64,000 nt of DNA. It comes from an uncultured Holophagales bacterium. GTDB lineage: Bacteria; Acidobacteriota; Thermoanaerobaculia; Multivoradales; UBA5704. A program made the position numbers and the translations under genes. Location: contig CAWJGT010000001.1 in assembly GCA_963842525.1 (NCBI GenBank), positions 480,001 to 544,000 on the forward strand, given 5' to 3'. Positions within the stretch are counted from its first letter, which is position 1. Each line of letters opens with the position of its first letter. The notes under the pieces are model-generated. The model saw nothing but the letters and a program-made list of their open reading frames with translations, was not told the DNA's origin and ran no database searches. Below are positions 21,046 through 30,690 of this stretch, in pieces.

Positions 21046-21443
21046 CAGTGGTCTTCCCGGGGGAGAGGGTGCTCCAGAATCATATAGTCACGGACCGGCT
21101 CGCCGCCGAGCAGGTGCTCCTGGATGATGCGCTCCAGGACGGGCGGATCGCAGTGGCCATACCAGATCCCGTCGGGGTAGACGACCGCGATCGGGCCGCC
21201 GCAGCAGATGTCGAGGCAGTTGGCGCGGGTGGTGTAGACACCGCCTTTGCCGAAGAGCTTCAGCTCCCGGAGCCGTTGGCGGAGGTACTTCCACGCCCGG
21301 ATCGACCGCTTGCGGCTGCAGCACTTGGCCTCCGTCGGGTCGCAGCAGAGGAAGATGTGGCGCTCGACCTTGGCGATCCGAAGCTTCTCGGCCGTGCGCC
21401 GCTGCTTCTTGAGCAATTCCTTGGGGGGTACGTCGTCGCCCAT
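21045..21443 (-). CDS. Thioredoxin-like [2Fe-2S] ferredoxin
   Basis: HIFLC...C...[22 protein letters not shown]. Confidence 0.9.
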   Translation of the reverse strand: MGDDVPPKELLKKQRRTAEKLRIAKVERHIFLCCDPTEAKCCSRKRSIRAWKYLRQRLRELKLFGKGGVYTTRANCLDICCGGPIAVVYPDGIWYGHCDPPVLERIIQEHLLGGEPVRDYMILEHPLPREDH

Positions 21444-21516
21444 GGCAGCCGTCTACTGTACCAGGCGGCGTTCCGATGCATAAGATTCCACACGGACGAC
21501 CCGGAGGACACCTCGC

Positions 21517-22506
21517 ATGCGCAACGGCTATCCCCTGGTGGAGCTGCACCGGCATCTCGACGGCAACGTGCGGATCGAGACCATCCTCGATCTGGCGCGG
21601 CGGCATGGGATCGACCTGCCGGCGTGGACGCTCGAGGAGCTGCGGCCGTACGTCCAGATCACGGGGAGCGTGCCGAGCCTGGCGGACTTCCTGGAGAAGT
21701 TCGCCCTGCTGCGGCGGGTCATGGTGGACTACGATGCGGTGCGGCGGATCGTGCGCGAGAACTTGGAGGACGCGGCGCGTGAGGGGATCGATTACATCGA
21801 GCTGCGCTTCAGCCCCTATTTCATGGCCGAGGAGCACGGGCTCGACACGTTCGCGGTCGCCGAGGCGGTCTGCGATGCGCTGGAGGAAGCCCGGGGGACG
21901 ATCCCCGTCCAGGCGAAGCTGATCGGCATCCTCTCCCGCCACTACGGGCCGGAAGTGGCCTGGCTGGAGCTGGACGCGGCGGTCCGCCACCGCCACCGCG
22001 GCATTGTCGCCCTCGACCTCGCCGGGGACGAAGCGCTCTTCCCCGGCGAGCTGTTCGTCGAGCACTTCCGCGCCGCCCGGGAGGCCGGTCTCCGCACCAT
22101 TGCCCATGCCGGCGAGGCGGCCGGGCCGGAGAGCGTCCGCCAGGCGGTGCTCGGCCTCGGGGCCGAGCGGATCGGCCACGGCGTGCGCTCCATCGAAGAC
22201 CCCGCGGTCCTCGATCTCCTGGCCGATCGCGGCATCGTCCTGGAGGTCTGCCCGACGACCAACCTGCACACCAGCACCTGCGCTGACTACCTGTCCCATC
22301 CCCTCCCCCGGCTGCTGGAGCGGGGCCTGCGGTGCACCCTGAACACCGACGACCCGATCATCAGCGGGATCGATCTCGCCCACGAGTACCGGGTCGCCAA
22401 AGAGGAGATGGGCCTCCCCGAGGCCGACCTGCGCCGGATGCAGGAGACCTCCCTCGCCGCCGCCTTCCTCACGGACGAGGAGCGCTCGGCCCTGCGGGGC
22501 GATTGA
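21517..22506 (+). CDS. add: Adenosine deaminase
   Basis: ELHRHLDG, DLAGDE, HAGE, ERIGHG, EVCPT, NTDDP. Confidence 0.93.
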   Translation: MRNGYPLVELHRHLDGNVRIETILDLARRHGIDLPAWTLEELRPYVQITGSVPSLADFLEKFALLRRVMVDYDAVRRIVRENLEDAAREGIDYIELRFSPYFMAEEHGLDTFAVAEAVCDALEEARGTIPVQAKLIGILSRHYGPEVAWLELDAAVRHRHRGIVALDLAGDEALFPGELFVEHFRAAREAGLRTIAHAGEAAGPESVRQAVLGLGAERIGHGVRSIEDPAVLDLLADRGIVLEVCPTTNLHTSTCADYLSHPLPRLLERGLRCTLNTDDPIISGIDLAHEYRVAKEEMGLPEADLRRMQETSLAAAFLTDEERSALRGD

Positions 22507-22561
22507 TCCGCGTCCGGCCTCCGCTATACTCCCGCCCCGTTCTGTCAGGAGGGTCTCGAGA

Positions 22562-22900
22562 ATGGCGAAGTCGAACGGCATCGATCTGTCCAAGCTGTCC
22601 ATCGAGGAGTTGGAGAACCTCGTCCGCGACGCCCAGGCGGAGATCGTCAACCGCAAGGAGGCCGAGAGGCAGCGGGTGCTCGATCAGATCCGCGAGCTGG
22701 CGGCGAGCATCGGTACGACGCCGGAGGCGCTGCTGAAACAGCAGGCCGGCGGCCGGGGCGGCGGCGGCGCCAAGGTCGAGGCGAAGTACCGCAATCCGGA
22801 CGATCCTTCGCAGACCTGGTCGGGCCGCGGCAAGCGGCCGCAGTGGATCAACGAAGCCCTCGCCGCGGGCAAGACGCTCGAGGATCTGGCTGTCGAGTGA
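22562..22900 (+). CDS. H-NS family nucleoid-associated protein
   Basis: N-terminal coiled coil; KYRNPDDPSQTWSGRGKRPQWI DNA-binding motif. Confidence 0.92.
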   Translation: MAKSNGIDLSKLSIEELENLVRDAQAEIVNRKEAERQRVLDQIRELAASIGTTPEALLKQQAGGRGGGGAKVEAKYRNPDDPSQTWSGRGKRPQWINEALAAGKTLEDLAVE

Positions 22901-22970
22901 AGCCACCGCTCCCTCTCTCCATGTTTCCTGTAACATCTTTAGAAGATGGAGAGCTTCAAGGAGGTGAGCC

Positions 22971-23312
22971 ATGGAGTCCAGGAAGATCGCGAAGCAGGCG
23001 CTCCGGTTGCTCGGTCTGATGCTGGTCGTCGCCGCTCTGCCGGGTTGCCCGGCCGACAAGGGCGGTGACGGCGAGGTCTGCGGCGGCATCCAGGGTCTGC
23101 AGTGCCCCGAAGGGCAGTTCTGCGACCTGCCGGCCGGGAACTGCCAGGGAGCGGACATCCAGGGGACCTGCGTCGAGCGTCCCGAGGCGTGCACGCGCGA
23201 GTTTCGGCCGGTGTGCGGCTGCGATGGCAAGACCTACTCCAACGATTGCGAGCGGCGTCGCGCCGGAGCCCAGAAGGACCACGACGGCGAGTGCACGGCA
23301 AGCTCCCCCTAG
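22971..23312 (+). CDS. Kazal-type protease inhibitor domain lipoprotein
   Basis: Lipobox LPGC; CTREFRPVCGCDGKTYSNDC...HDGEC; AGGAGG RBS. Confidence 0.88.
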   Translation: MESRKIAKQALRLLGLMLVVAALPGCPADKGGDGEVCGGIQGLQCPEGQFCDLPAGNCQGADIQGTCVERPEACTREFRPVCGCDGKTYSNDCERRRAGAQKDHDGECTASSP

Positions 23313-23321
23313 GAGCCCGGT

Positions 23322-24893
23322 CTATCCCGTGTAGGAATCGTCCTGCTCGATCTTCGAGAGGACCCAGTCGAACTCGCCGCTGGTGATCTTGGCGCCGCAG
23401 TGCTGGCACTGGCCGGCCATGTTGGTGTCCAGGGCGGCGCCGCAGTTGGGGCAGCTCTTGTCGGTCCGCGGCGCGCCGCGCACGCCTGCGCCGCGGATCA
23501 GGGTCCAGTACTCGGAGTAGTAGCGGTCGGCGCGCGGGTTGCCCGCCACCACGTCGCCCGTGGCCTGGCGGACGGTGGAGTCGCGGCCCGCTCCCCAGAC
23601 GCGGAAGGTGACCGCGTCGAACCAGCGGTCGCGGACGATCTTGACCAGGGTGATCTCGGTGATCCGCATGCCTTCGAGGACGTTGCGCAGCCCCTGGCGC
23701 CGGTAGGCGTCGATCCAGTACTGGAGGTAGTCGAAGAGGCCGTCCGAGACGTAGGGCCGGACCGGCGACAGGTCCAGGGCCGTCCAGGCGGCGTTGAGCT
23801 GGTCGTAGATCAGCCGCACGCGGGCGGCCAGCGCCTCCTCAGTTGCCGCCGGATCGTCCCGCAGCAGCTCGGCCCGGCGCGCCGGCAGGTCCGGCTGGAA
23901 GATCGTCGACCAGCTCGTGCCGACCTCCTGGACCGTCGAGGTCAGGGCCGGCGGGCGCTCCTTCAGGCGGAGGAGCTCGATCGACTCGGCACTCCAGTCG
24001 AACCGGCCGCCGGAGACGACCTCGCCGCAGTACTCGCAGCGGTTGCCCTTGGCCGCGCCCGCCGGATCGAACGGGGCGCCGCAGTTGGGGCAGTGGAAGC
24101 TCTTGGCCTGCTCCGGCGGCTTGGTCCGCGCTCCCGCGGCGCGGACCAGGAGCCAGCGCTCGCGGACGTACTGGGTCCGCTCGCTCCCGGCCTCCCCGAC
24201 CGTCACATTGGCCTCGAAGTCCAGGCCGACCTCGACCCGCTCTTGAGGTTGGCCGGCAGCCGGCACGGAGAGACGGACGACGCGCAGAGCGCCGACCACC
24301 ACCGCCGTGACCGGCACGCCGGCGGGCGGGCGTTGTTGGAGCTGGGCCCGCGCCTCCTCGCTCAGGTAGGGCGCCAGGGCGTCGAGGTCTCGCTGGCTCG
24401 CCCGCGCCTGGTGGGCCCGGGCATAGAGGGCGTAGACGAAGTCCTCGAACAGCACCGCCGAGAAGTCGGGGTCGAGCTGCCGGATCGCTTCGAGGTCCTG
24501 CGAGCGGGCCTGCCCGGCCGACAGCGCCGGGACCGGCGGCGGAGGCGGCGCCGAGTCCCAGCTCTGGGCCGCCCCCTTCTTCATCCTGCTCCGGAAGCGC
24601 ACGACGACGACGATGACCACGATCGTCAGCGGAATGCCGACGGCGGGGTAGCGGATCACCAGCTCGAACCAGATCCGGATCAGGAAGAAGATCAGCTCGC
24701 CGCCTCCACCCCCACCCCCTCCACCACCGTCACCGCCGCCCGAGTAGCCCTCGCCGCCCCCGGGCCGGGCCAGGACGGCGACCGGCATCAAGAGAAGGAG
24801 GAGAACGACGAAGGCGAGCGCGGCCCTCACCCCCTGGCCCCCTCTCCCGGAAACCGGGAGAGGGGGGACGCGACGGTGTCGCCGGGTCTTCAC
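23322..24893 (-). CDS. Tim44-like domain membrane protein with two zinc-ribbon motifs
   Basis: ARPGGG..YSGG, DPDFS...F, two Tim44-like halves each followed by CPNCGA...CxxC. Confidence 0.82.
   Translation of the reverse strand: MKTRRHRRVPPLPVSGRGGQGVRAALAFVVLLLLLMPVAVLARPGGGEGYSGGGDGGGGGGGGGGELIFFLIRIWFELVIRYPAVGIPLTIVVIVVVVRFRSRMKKGAAQSWDSAPPPPPVPALSAGQARSQDLEAIRQLDPDFSAVLFEDFVYALYARAHQARASQRDLDALAPYLSEEARAQLQQRPPAGVPVTAVVVGALRVVRLSVPAAGQPQERVEVGLDFEANVTVGEAGSERTQYVRERWLLVRAAGARTKPPEQAKSFHCPNCGAPFDPAGAAKGNRCEYCGEVVSGGRFDWSAESIELLRLKERPPALTSTVQEVGTSWSTIFQPDLPARRAELLRDDPAATEEALAARVRLIYDQLNAAWTALDLSPVRPYVSDGLFDYLQYWIDAYRRQGLRNVLEGMRITEITLVKIVRDRWFDAVTFRVWGAGRDSTVRQATGDVVAGNPRADRYYSEYWTLIRGAGVRGAPRTDKSCPNCGAALDTNMAGQCQHCGAKITSGEFDWVLSKIEQDDSYTG
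24824..24870. repeat. REP-like palindrome within the 5' end of the Tim44-like CDS
   Basis: CCCTCACCCCCTGGCCCCCTCTCCCGG-AAA-CCGGGAGAGGGGGG. Confidence 0.8.
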
Positions 24894-25516
24894 CTTTCGT
24901 GGACCTCGTCAGCCAATTCGTCCACGTCCTGGGCGCTGCGGACGAGGGCGGGAGACAGGATCGGCGCCAGGGCCTTCACCCTCTCGGCCACCGCGACGCC
25001 GTCCTGCCCGCTCCGCACCGCCTCCAGAATCTCCTCCACCGCGTGGCGCCAACCCTCGGTCTGCGCCAGCGTCTCGACGCCGAGGTCGACCACCAACGCC
25101 GCCTCCCGTTCGAGCAGCGAGACGTAGAGGAGCATGCCGGTCCGCCCAGCCGTGCGATGGATGCGCCTGGCGAGGAATTCAGCCGCGGCTGCCTGGTCGA
25201 CCCAGTGGATGCGGTCGCGGCGCCGGGTAAGGAGCCGCCGGAGGATGACCGAGCGCGAGGTGACCAGTCCCGCCAGAACCCCGGCGAAAAGGGGGTCGAG
25301 GACGAACCAGACCAGCCGGAACTCCCAGGGAGAGAAGAGCAGGAAGACCAGGACAGCGAGGGCGCCGACGATCCCGCCGATCAGGCCGGCATGCAGGTAG
25401 GAGCCCGACCGGGGCCGGACCGACACCACCAACTCGGCGCTGCTGTGGGCCTCGACCGTCCGCACCGCCTCGAGCAGCGCCCGCTTTGCCTGGTCGGTGA
25501 GAAAGGGTCGCGGCAT
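24890..25516 (-). CDS. TPM-domain membrane protein
   Basis: AVRTVEAHSSAELVV, two TM helices, RTAGRTGMLLYVSLLERE..VVD.G. Confidence 0.82.
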   Translation of the reverse strand: MPRPFLTDQAKRALLEAVRTVEAHSSAELVVSVRPRSGSYLHAGLIGGIVGALAVLVFLLFSPWEFRLVWFVLDPLFAGVLAGLVTSRSVILRRLLTRRRDRIHWVDQAAAAEFLARRIHRTAGRTGMLLYVSLLEREAALVVDLGVETLAQTEGWRHAVEEILEAVRSGQDGVAVAERVKALAPILSPALVRSAQDVDELADEVHER

Positions 25517-25627
25517 GGCTGGAAGGGAGTCTATCGCAGGCGGTCTCCTGTCCCTGAGAGCGCCGGCGTCTCGCCGGCCCACGAGATTGCGCGCAACGAG
25601 GAGGCCGAGGGGGTAGAGGTGGCTTGA

Positions 25628-25710
25628 GTCCTCACCCCCTGTCCCCCTCTCCCATCTCCCTTCCACCCCCCGCCGGGAGAGGGGGGACGCGGCTGAGGCG
25701 TCTGTGGCGA
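25628..25710. repeat. Single arm of the REPIN-like element, preceded by a copy of the DUF559 3' end
   Basis: 33-bp TIR sequence at 25628; upstream GAGATTGCGCGCAACGAGGAGGC..GGGGTAGAGG matches 26261-26296. Confidence 0.75.
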
Positions 25711-25729
25711 GAGCTGTTGTCGAACGCCG

Positions 25730-25918
25730 ATGCGGCGAAATGGAGAGAGGATCTGGCCTGATCCAAACTGGATGAGGAGAAATTCGGAGAAGATCTTTGG
25801 AGATCCATTTCGGATCAGGCCTGGTCGTCCGAAGATGAGGACAGGAAGAAGAAAGATCAGGACAGATCCAAGGAGGATCAGGACAGATCCAAGGAGGATC
25901 AGGACAGATCGGAATCAG
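25730..25918. repeat. Degenerate tandem array, 9 units of 21 bp
   Basis: ATC/ATG recurs every 21 nt; two exact ATCAGGACAGATCCAAGGAGG units. Confidence 0.8.
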
Positions 25919-26099
25919 ATGTCCTGAAATTTCCTCTCCCCCAGGTCATCCAGAGAGGTCCTCGACGGGCCCGCGGTCCCAGGATTCTCTCCGGTTCAAA
26001 GTTAGCGCGTATGGGACAGGGGGCGAGGTCTTTCCCCGCGGCCGATCCGCCTGCTACAGCGCCCTCGGCACAACTTTTCCTGCTCGAAGGAGATCTCGC

Positions 26100-26293
26100 C
26101 TGCCAAGTTTCACCTACTGGCGCGCTCGCGAATTGCGAAAGGCGATGACGCCTGCCGAGGAGAAGCTTGCTGCCGCGGATACACAGTGCTTCGCTTTTCA
26201 AACCGGGAACTCTTCGAGCAACCCGAGGAGGTTCTCGATCGGATTGTCGAGGTGGTCGCGGAGATTGCACGCAACAAGGAGGCGGCGGGGTAG
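26100..26293 (+). pseudogene. Internally deleted DUF559 (Vsr-like) endonuclease gene
   Basis: N-terminal RARELRKAMTPAEEKL joined out of frame to C-terminal RGYTVLRFSNRELFEQPEEVLDRI; central catalytic region absent. Confidence 0.8.
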
Positions 26294-26304
26294 AGGCGGC
26301 TTGA

Positions 26305-26508
26305 GTCCTCACCCCCTGTCCCCCTCTCCCATCTCCCACCCGCCCATCCCCGGGAGAGGGGGGACGCAGTTGGTGCATCCGAGACGAGGCCGGAGCCCTG
26401 TGCCTCGGGGCGTGTGATCTCGGGCTCGCCACGGACGCCTCAGCTACGTCCCCCCTCTCCCGGCGGGGGGTGGAAGGGAGATGGGAGAGGGGGACAGGGG
26501 GTGAGGAC
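26305..26508. mobile_element. ~200-bp REPIN/MITE-like element with 33-bp terminal inverted repeats
   Basis: TIRs at 26305-26337 and 26476-26508; homologous to 6554-6754. Confidence 0.75.
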
Positions 26509-26679
26509 ACGGCTCCGCCCCGCCCCTCCGGAGCCGGAAAGCCCTCCTGCCGTATGGATGCAGAGTCATCCGACAAGCATCCAGCGCCATCTGTATAGGT
26601 ACAGACTCACCCGATAGGCATACAGATCGCTCTGGATCGATCCCTATAGGGCCAGGAGGCGGGGTTACAATCCGCCGCC

Positions 26680-27321
26680 ATGACCGACCCCCTCCCCCGC
26701 TGGTGGGTGCCCAGGTTCGCGGGCTCCTGGGACGCGCTTCCCGCCCTGCCGCCTCTGGTCCTCGCGGCCGACGGCGGGCCGGCCGAGCTGCCGACCGTCG
26801 TGCGGGTCGGCTGGGACGACGAGGCGCTGCATGTCCGTTTCGACTGCACCGACGACCATGCCTGGGGGACCTACCACCGGCGCGACGCTCCCCTCTATGA
26901 AGAGGAAGCGGTCGAGGTCTTCCTCGCCCCTGGCGAGACGGACCCGGTCGACTACTTCGAGCTGGAGGTGAGCCCCCTTGGCGCGCTGTTCGATTCGCGC
27001 ATCCACAACCCCACCTCGCTGCGGGCGAACCTGGTGGCGGACGTCGGATGGGACTGCCCCGGCGTCCTCTGGGAGGCCGGCCGGACCGGGGCGCGGCAGG
27101 ACTGGTGGGCCACCCTGGCGATCCCCTGGAAAGGAATTGCGCCGGAGGGCCCTATTCCGGGACAAATTCCGGAGGTCTGGCGCGCCAACTTCTATCGCAT
27201 CGAGAGGCCGGCGGACGGGCCGGCCGAATTCTCCTGCTGGTCCCCCACGCTGACCCGGCCGGCGGACTTCCACAAGCCGGCGCGTTTCGGGCTGCTCGAG
27301 CTGTCGCCGCGGAGACGGTAG
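26680..27321 (+). CDS. Carbohydrate-binding family 9-like (DOMON-like) protein
   Basis: WDDEALHVRFDCTD, LYEEEAVEVFL, YFELEVSPLG, WRANFYRI, FHKPARFG. Confidence 0.85.
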   Translation: MTDPLPRWWVPRFAGSWDALPALPPLVLAADGGPAELPTVVRVGWDDEALHVRFDCTDDHAWGTYHRRDAPLYEEEAVEVFLAPGETDPVDYFELEVSPLGALFDSRIHNPTSLRANLVADVGWDCPGVLWEAGRTGARQDWWATLAIPWKGIAPEGPIPGQIPEVWRANFYRIERPADGPAEFSCWSPTLTRPADFHKPARFGLLELSPRRR

Positions 27322-29259
27322 ACCCGGACCCAGCGCTCCTGGTACACCAGGTCCACCTCCCGGTCCGGTCCGGTCGCCAGCTCCAGCTCGAACTGGCGGA
27401 AATCGCGGAGTTGCCCGCTCCTGCGCAGGTCTTCGAGGTGGAAGACGAGATGGGAGACCCACATGTCGCGCAGCAGGTCGAGCCCCGCGCGGTCGGGTGC
27501 GAAGCGCATCCGTTGGATGAGGGCCACATGGCTGCGCGGCTCGTAGCCGCTGTAGCCGTTGGCGATCGGCTTCCAGTGCAGGATGGAGTAGTACATGTAG
27601 GTGTTCTCCCGCCAGTTCAGCCGGATCGGAAACTCGACGAGCGCCTTCACATCATCCTGGCGGGCGATCCACCGGTAGACCGGAGGGAACCGCTCCTCGC
27701 GCAGCATCGGCACCCAATGGACTTCCTGGGGGGCCAGCTCGACCGCCAGCCCCAGGATCAGCGCGCCGGCCAGGGCGAGGCGGGCCGGCCGGCTGCGGAG
27801 CCGTTCGAGCCACAGGTCCACGCCCCGGGCGGCGAACCAGACGACGGTCAGCGACACGAAAGCGTAGAAGCGGGCGGGCACGCGCATGCCGTCGAGCCCG
27901 GGGACCACCTGCGCCAGGGGGACGTAGACGAGCGGGTGCGTGAGCGCGAAGCAGAGCAGACCCGAGAACGCCAGCCCCCGCTCCCAGACGTCCATGCCGG
28001 CCGTGTCCAGGAGGGGACCTCGCCACCGGCGGCGCAGGGCCCACCAGAGGCCCAGGGAGAGGCCGAGCAGCAGGGCCGGAGCGTACCAGTCCCAGGCGCC
28101 CAGCCCAAGCGGCAACCCGGGCCGGAGCCGCGGCCGGGTCAGCGTCAGCAGGTCGCCCCAGGCATAGGCGGCGAGGGCGAAGAGGAGAAGCGTCCAGAGC
28201 GCAGCCCGTTGCCCCGAGCGCAGCTCTCTTTTTTCGCGAGCCCGGTGTCGGCGCAGCCAGCTCCCGAGGCCGCAGAGGAAGAGGATGGTCGGCAGGAAGC
28301 CGGCGAAGAGGGCATTTTCGGTGCGGAAGAAGGCCTCGACACGGGAGCCGAGCTGTGAGCGGAAGAAGGCCTTCTTCGGCGCCCACCAGTAGAGATTGGT
28401 CGGCGCCGGGCTGAGATAGCTCGCGAAGGTCGCCCCGAAATGGCCGATCTCCGTCTCGTCGCGGACCAGGTCGAGCCGGCGCGAGGTCTTCAGATAAGGA
28501 AGGAAGAACGCCGCGAGCACCAACGCGGCCACCAAGCCGACCGGGACGAGGATCCGCAGCGAGCGGAGCGAGAGGAGCTTCCCGGCCCTGGACGAAAGCC
28601 CGGTTGACCAGCAGCACCAGCATCGGGAAATGGATCATGTAGGCCAGGTAGCTGCCGCCGGTCACGTGCAGCAGATAGAAGAGCAGGAAGAGAGCCGCGT
28701 GCCGGGGCCGCCGTTCGGCGAGCAGACGGTCCCAGAACCAGAGCGTCAGCGGGATCCACTGGGCGATGAGGATCTGGATGTGGTTGAAGTGCTGCAGCCG
28801 GAACGGCGAAAAGGCGAACATCCAGCCGGCCAGCAGGGCTGCGAGCCAGGACCGGCCGCCGCCCTGGCGCACCACCCACGCGGTCGCCAGGGCGCTCGCC
28901 ACGAACGAGGTGAAGAAGAGGACGTTGTAGCCGGCGACGGCGTTCGGCACGACCTCCAGGAAAGCCGCGAGCTGGAGGGCCGGCCCGAACAGGTGGTCCG
29001 AGAGAGCGAGGGTGCCGCGGGTGGGCCAGAAGATGTTGGCGTCCCAGAAGTGCGGCAGGCCCAACCTTATTTGATGGACGCCCCATTTGAGCACCCAGAG
29101 GTTGAAGACCGGGTCCTCGGGCACCGGCGCGATGTGGTCCCCCCCGACCCGCCAGATGGGGCGGAGGTAGACCAGGGTGAGCAGCGTGGTCGCGGCAAGG
29201 CCGGCCAGGGCCGGGAGCCACATCCTCCCCCCCGCCGCGGGGACCTCCTTCCTCTCCAT
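27192..29259 (-). pseudogene. GT-C/YfhO-like polytopic membrane glycosyltransferase with one frameshift near 28580 (pseudogene or sequencing error)
   Basis: N-half DPVFNLWVLKWG...FWDANIFWP...LALSDHL and C-half MRVPARF, HWKPIANGYSG lie in different frames; removing one base at ~28580 gives continuous QGRELLSLRSLRILVPVG. Confidence 0.75.
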
Positions 29260-29298
29260 GATGGCGGAGAGTATCCTTCCGCGGCGTCCTGAGCCACC

Positions 29299-30675
29299 AT
29301 GCCTCCCACCCTCTCCGACCGTACCGCCGTCCGCCTGATCTGGGGCGCCTTCGCGCTCGGCCTGCTGCTGTCGGCGGTCCTGGTGGTCCGCAGCCAGGTG
29401 GCCGGTGACCAACTCAACCTGCTGGCGCGCGGCTGGCTTCTGCTGGATGAAGGGCGCTGGATCTCCTACGGCAACCCGATGTCCACCGGGGGGAAGACGC
29501 CGGGCGGCATCACCAGCCTGCTCGTCGGGCTGCCGCTCTTCGTCTGGCGGGACCACCGGGCGGCCACGCTCGTCGTCCTCGCCTTCCACGTCCTGGCCTG
29601 GCTGATCCTGGATGGGACGCTGAAGCGGCGTCTGTCTCCGCGCGGGCGGCTCCTCTTCGCCGTCGTCTACTGGCTCAACCCCTGGCGGCTGTACTTTTCG
29701 GGCTTTCTCTGGAACCCCAACTACCTCTTCCTGTTCGGCGCCCTCCACCTGTGGAGCTGCCTGGCGCAGCGCGATCGGGCGCGGTTCTGGCCCTCCTTCC
29801 TGCTCGGAGCCGGCCTGGTGCTGGCGTTCCAGATCCACGCCTCGGTCGTCCTGCTGGTGGCGGCCTCGGCCCTGCTGTGGCTGCGCGGGTATTTCAAGCC
29901 GCACTGGCTGGGCGGGATCGCCGGCGCCGCGCTCGCCGCGCTACCCCTGATCCCCTTCGTCCTCGACCTGTACGAGAACCCCGTTCTCGTCACCGAGGCG
30001 GAGAAGGGCTTCCCGGGACGCGGGCTGCTGCTGGTCTTCCCGCTCCTGCGCGGGCTGTCGTACTGGCTGCGCTATCCCTCGCTCCACCTTCCGGGAAAGG
30101 CGGTCCGCTTCGACTTTTCCGACGTGCTCGGATCAGACCCCTGGCTCGGCGTGGGCCTGACGTGGATCTCCCAGGTCCTGTTGGCGCTCACCGTCCTCGT
30201 TCCGATCGCGGCCAACGTCTGGCTGTGGCGCCGCAACCGCCATCGCCTCCGGCGGCGGTTGCCGCCGGACGCTTCCGACCGGATCTGGCTGCAAGGGTAC
30301 GTGCTCTGGTGTTTCGTAGCGGCGGTGATCGTCTATTCCCTGGCCCCCACCACGGTCATGTACTGGCAGGGGGTGCTCCTCTTCCACGCCTGCGTGCTGC
30401 CGCTGGTCTTCTGGGCCGGAGCGCTCTGGCGCACCCGTCACGCCGCCCGCGTCACCCGGGGCGTCCAGCTCTGGGCGGCCTCGGCGGTCCTGCTGACGCT
30501 CGCCCTGGCCTTCGGCGGCCCGCAGTACCGCTGCGGCGGCCGGGACGACCTCCACTTTCCCCTGTCCTCCCACTCTCCGATGTTCGACGAGCTGCACATC
30601 CAGCAGACCTGCCCCTGGCCCCTGGACCAGCCGGTGACGTGGTGGCCGGACGTGCTGCCCAGGGGCAAGGAGTAG
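29299..30675 (+). CDS. Polytopic membrane protein, ArnT/PMT-like glycosyltransferase
   Basis: GDQ acidic motif after TM1; NPW...FLWNPNY, FQIH; many TM helices. Confidence 0.65.
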   Translation: MPPTLSDRTAVRLIWGAFALGLLLSAVLVVRSQVAGDQLNLLARGWLLLDEGRWISYGNPMSTGGKTPGGITSLLVGLPLFVWRDHRAATLVVLAFHVLAWLILDGTLKRRLSPRGRLLFAVVYWLNPWRLYFSGFLWNPNYLFLFGALHLWSCLAQRDRARFWPSFLLGAGLVLAFQIHASVVLLVAASALLWLRGYFKPHWLGGIAGAALAALPLIPFVLDLYENPVLVTEAEKGFPGRGLLLVFPLLRGLSYWLRYPSLHLPGKAVRFDFSDVLGSDPWLGVGLTWISQVLLALTVLVPIAANVWLWRRNRHRLRRRLPPDASDRIWLQGYVLWCFVAAVIVYSLAPTTVMYWQGVLLFHACVLPLVFWAGALWRTRHAARVTRGVQLWAASAVLLTLALAFGGPQYRCGGRDDLHFPLSSHSPMFDELHIQQTCPWPLDQPVTWWPDVLPRGKE

Positions 30676-30690
30676 CCGGACGCGAGCCGG

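Noticed and set aside
25558-25578. GAGCGCCGGCGTCTCGCCGGC palindrome as a second REP family
   Set aside because: Only one copy noticed in the window; cannot be supported as a family here
25730-25918. CRISPR array
   Set aside because: No constant repeat alternating with unique spacers; 21-nt units are contiguous; no cas genes
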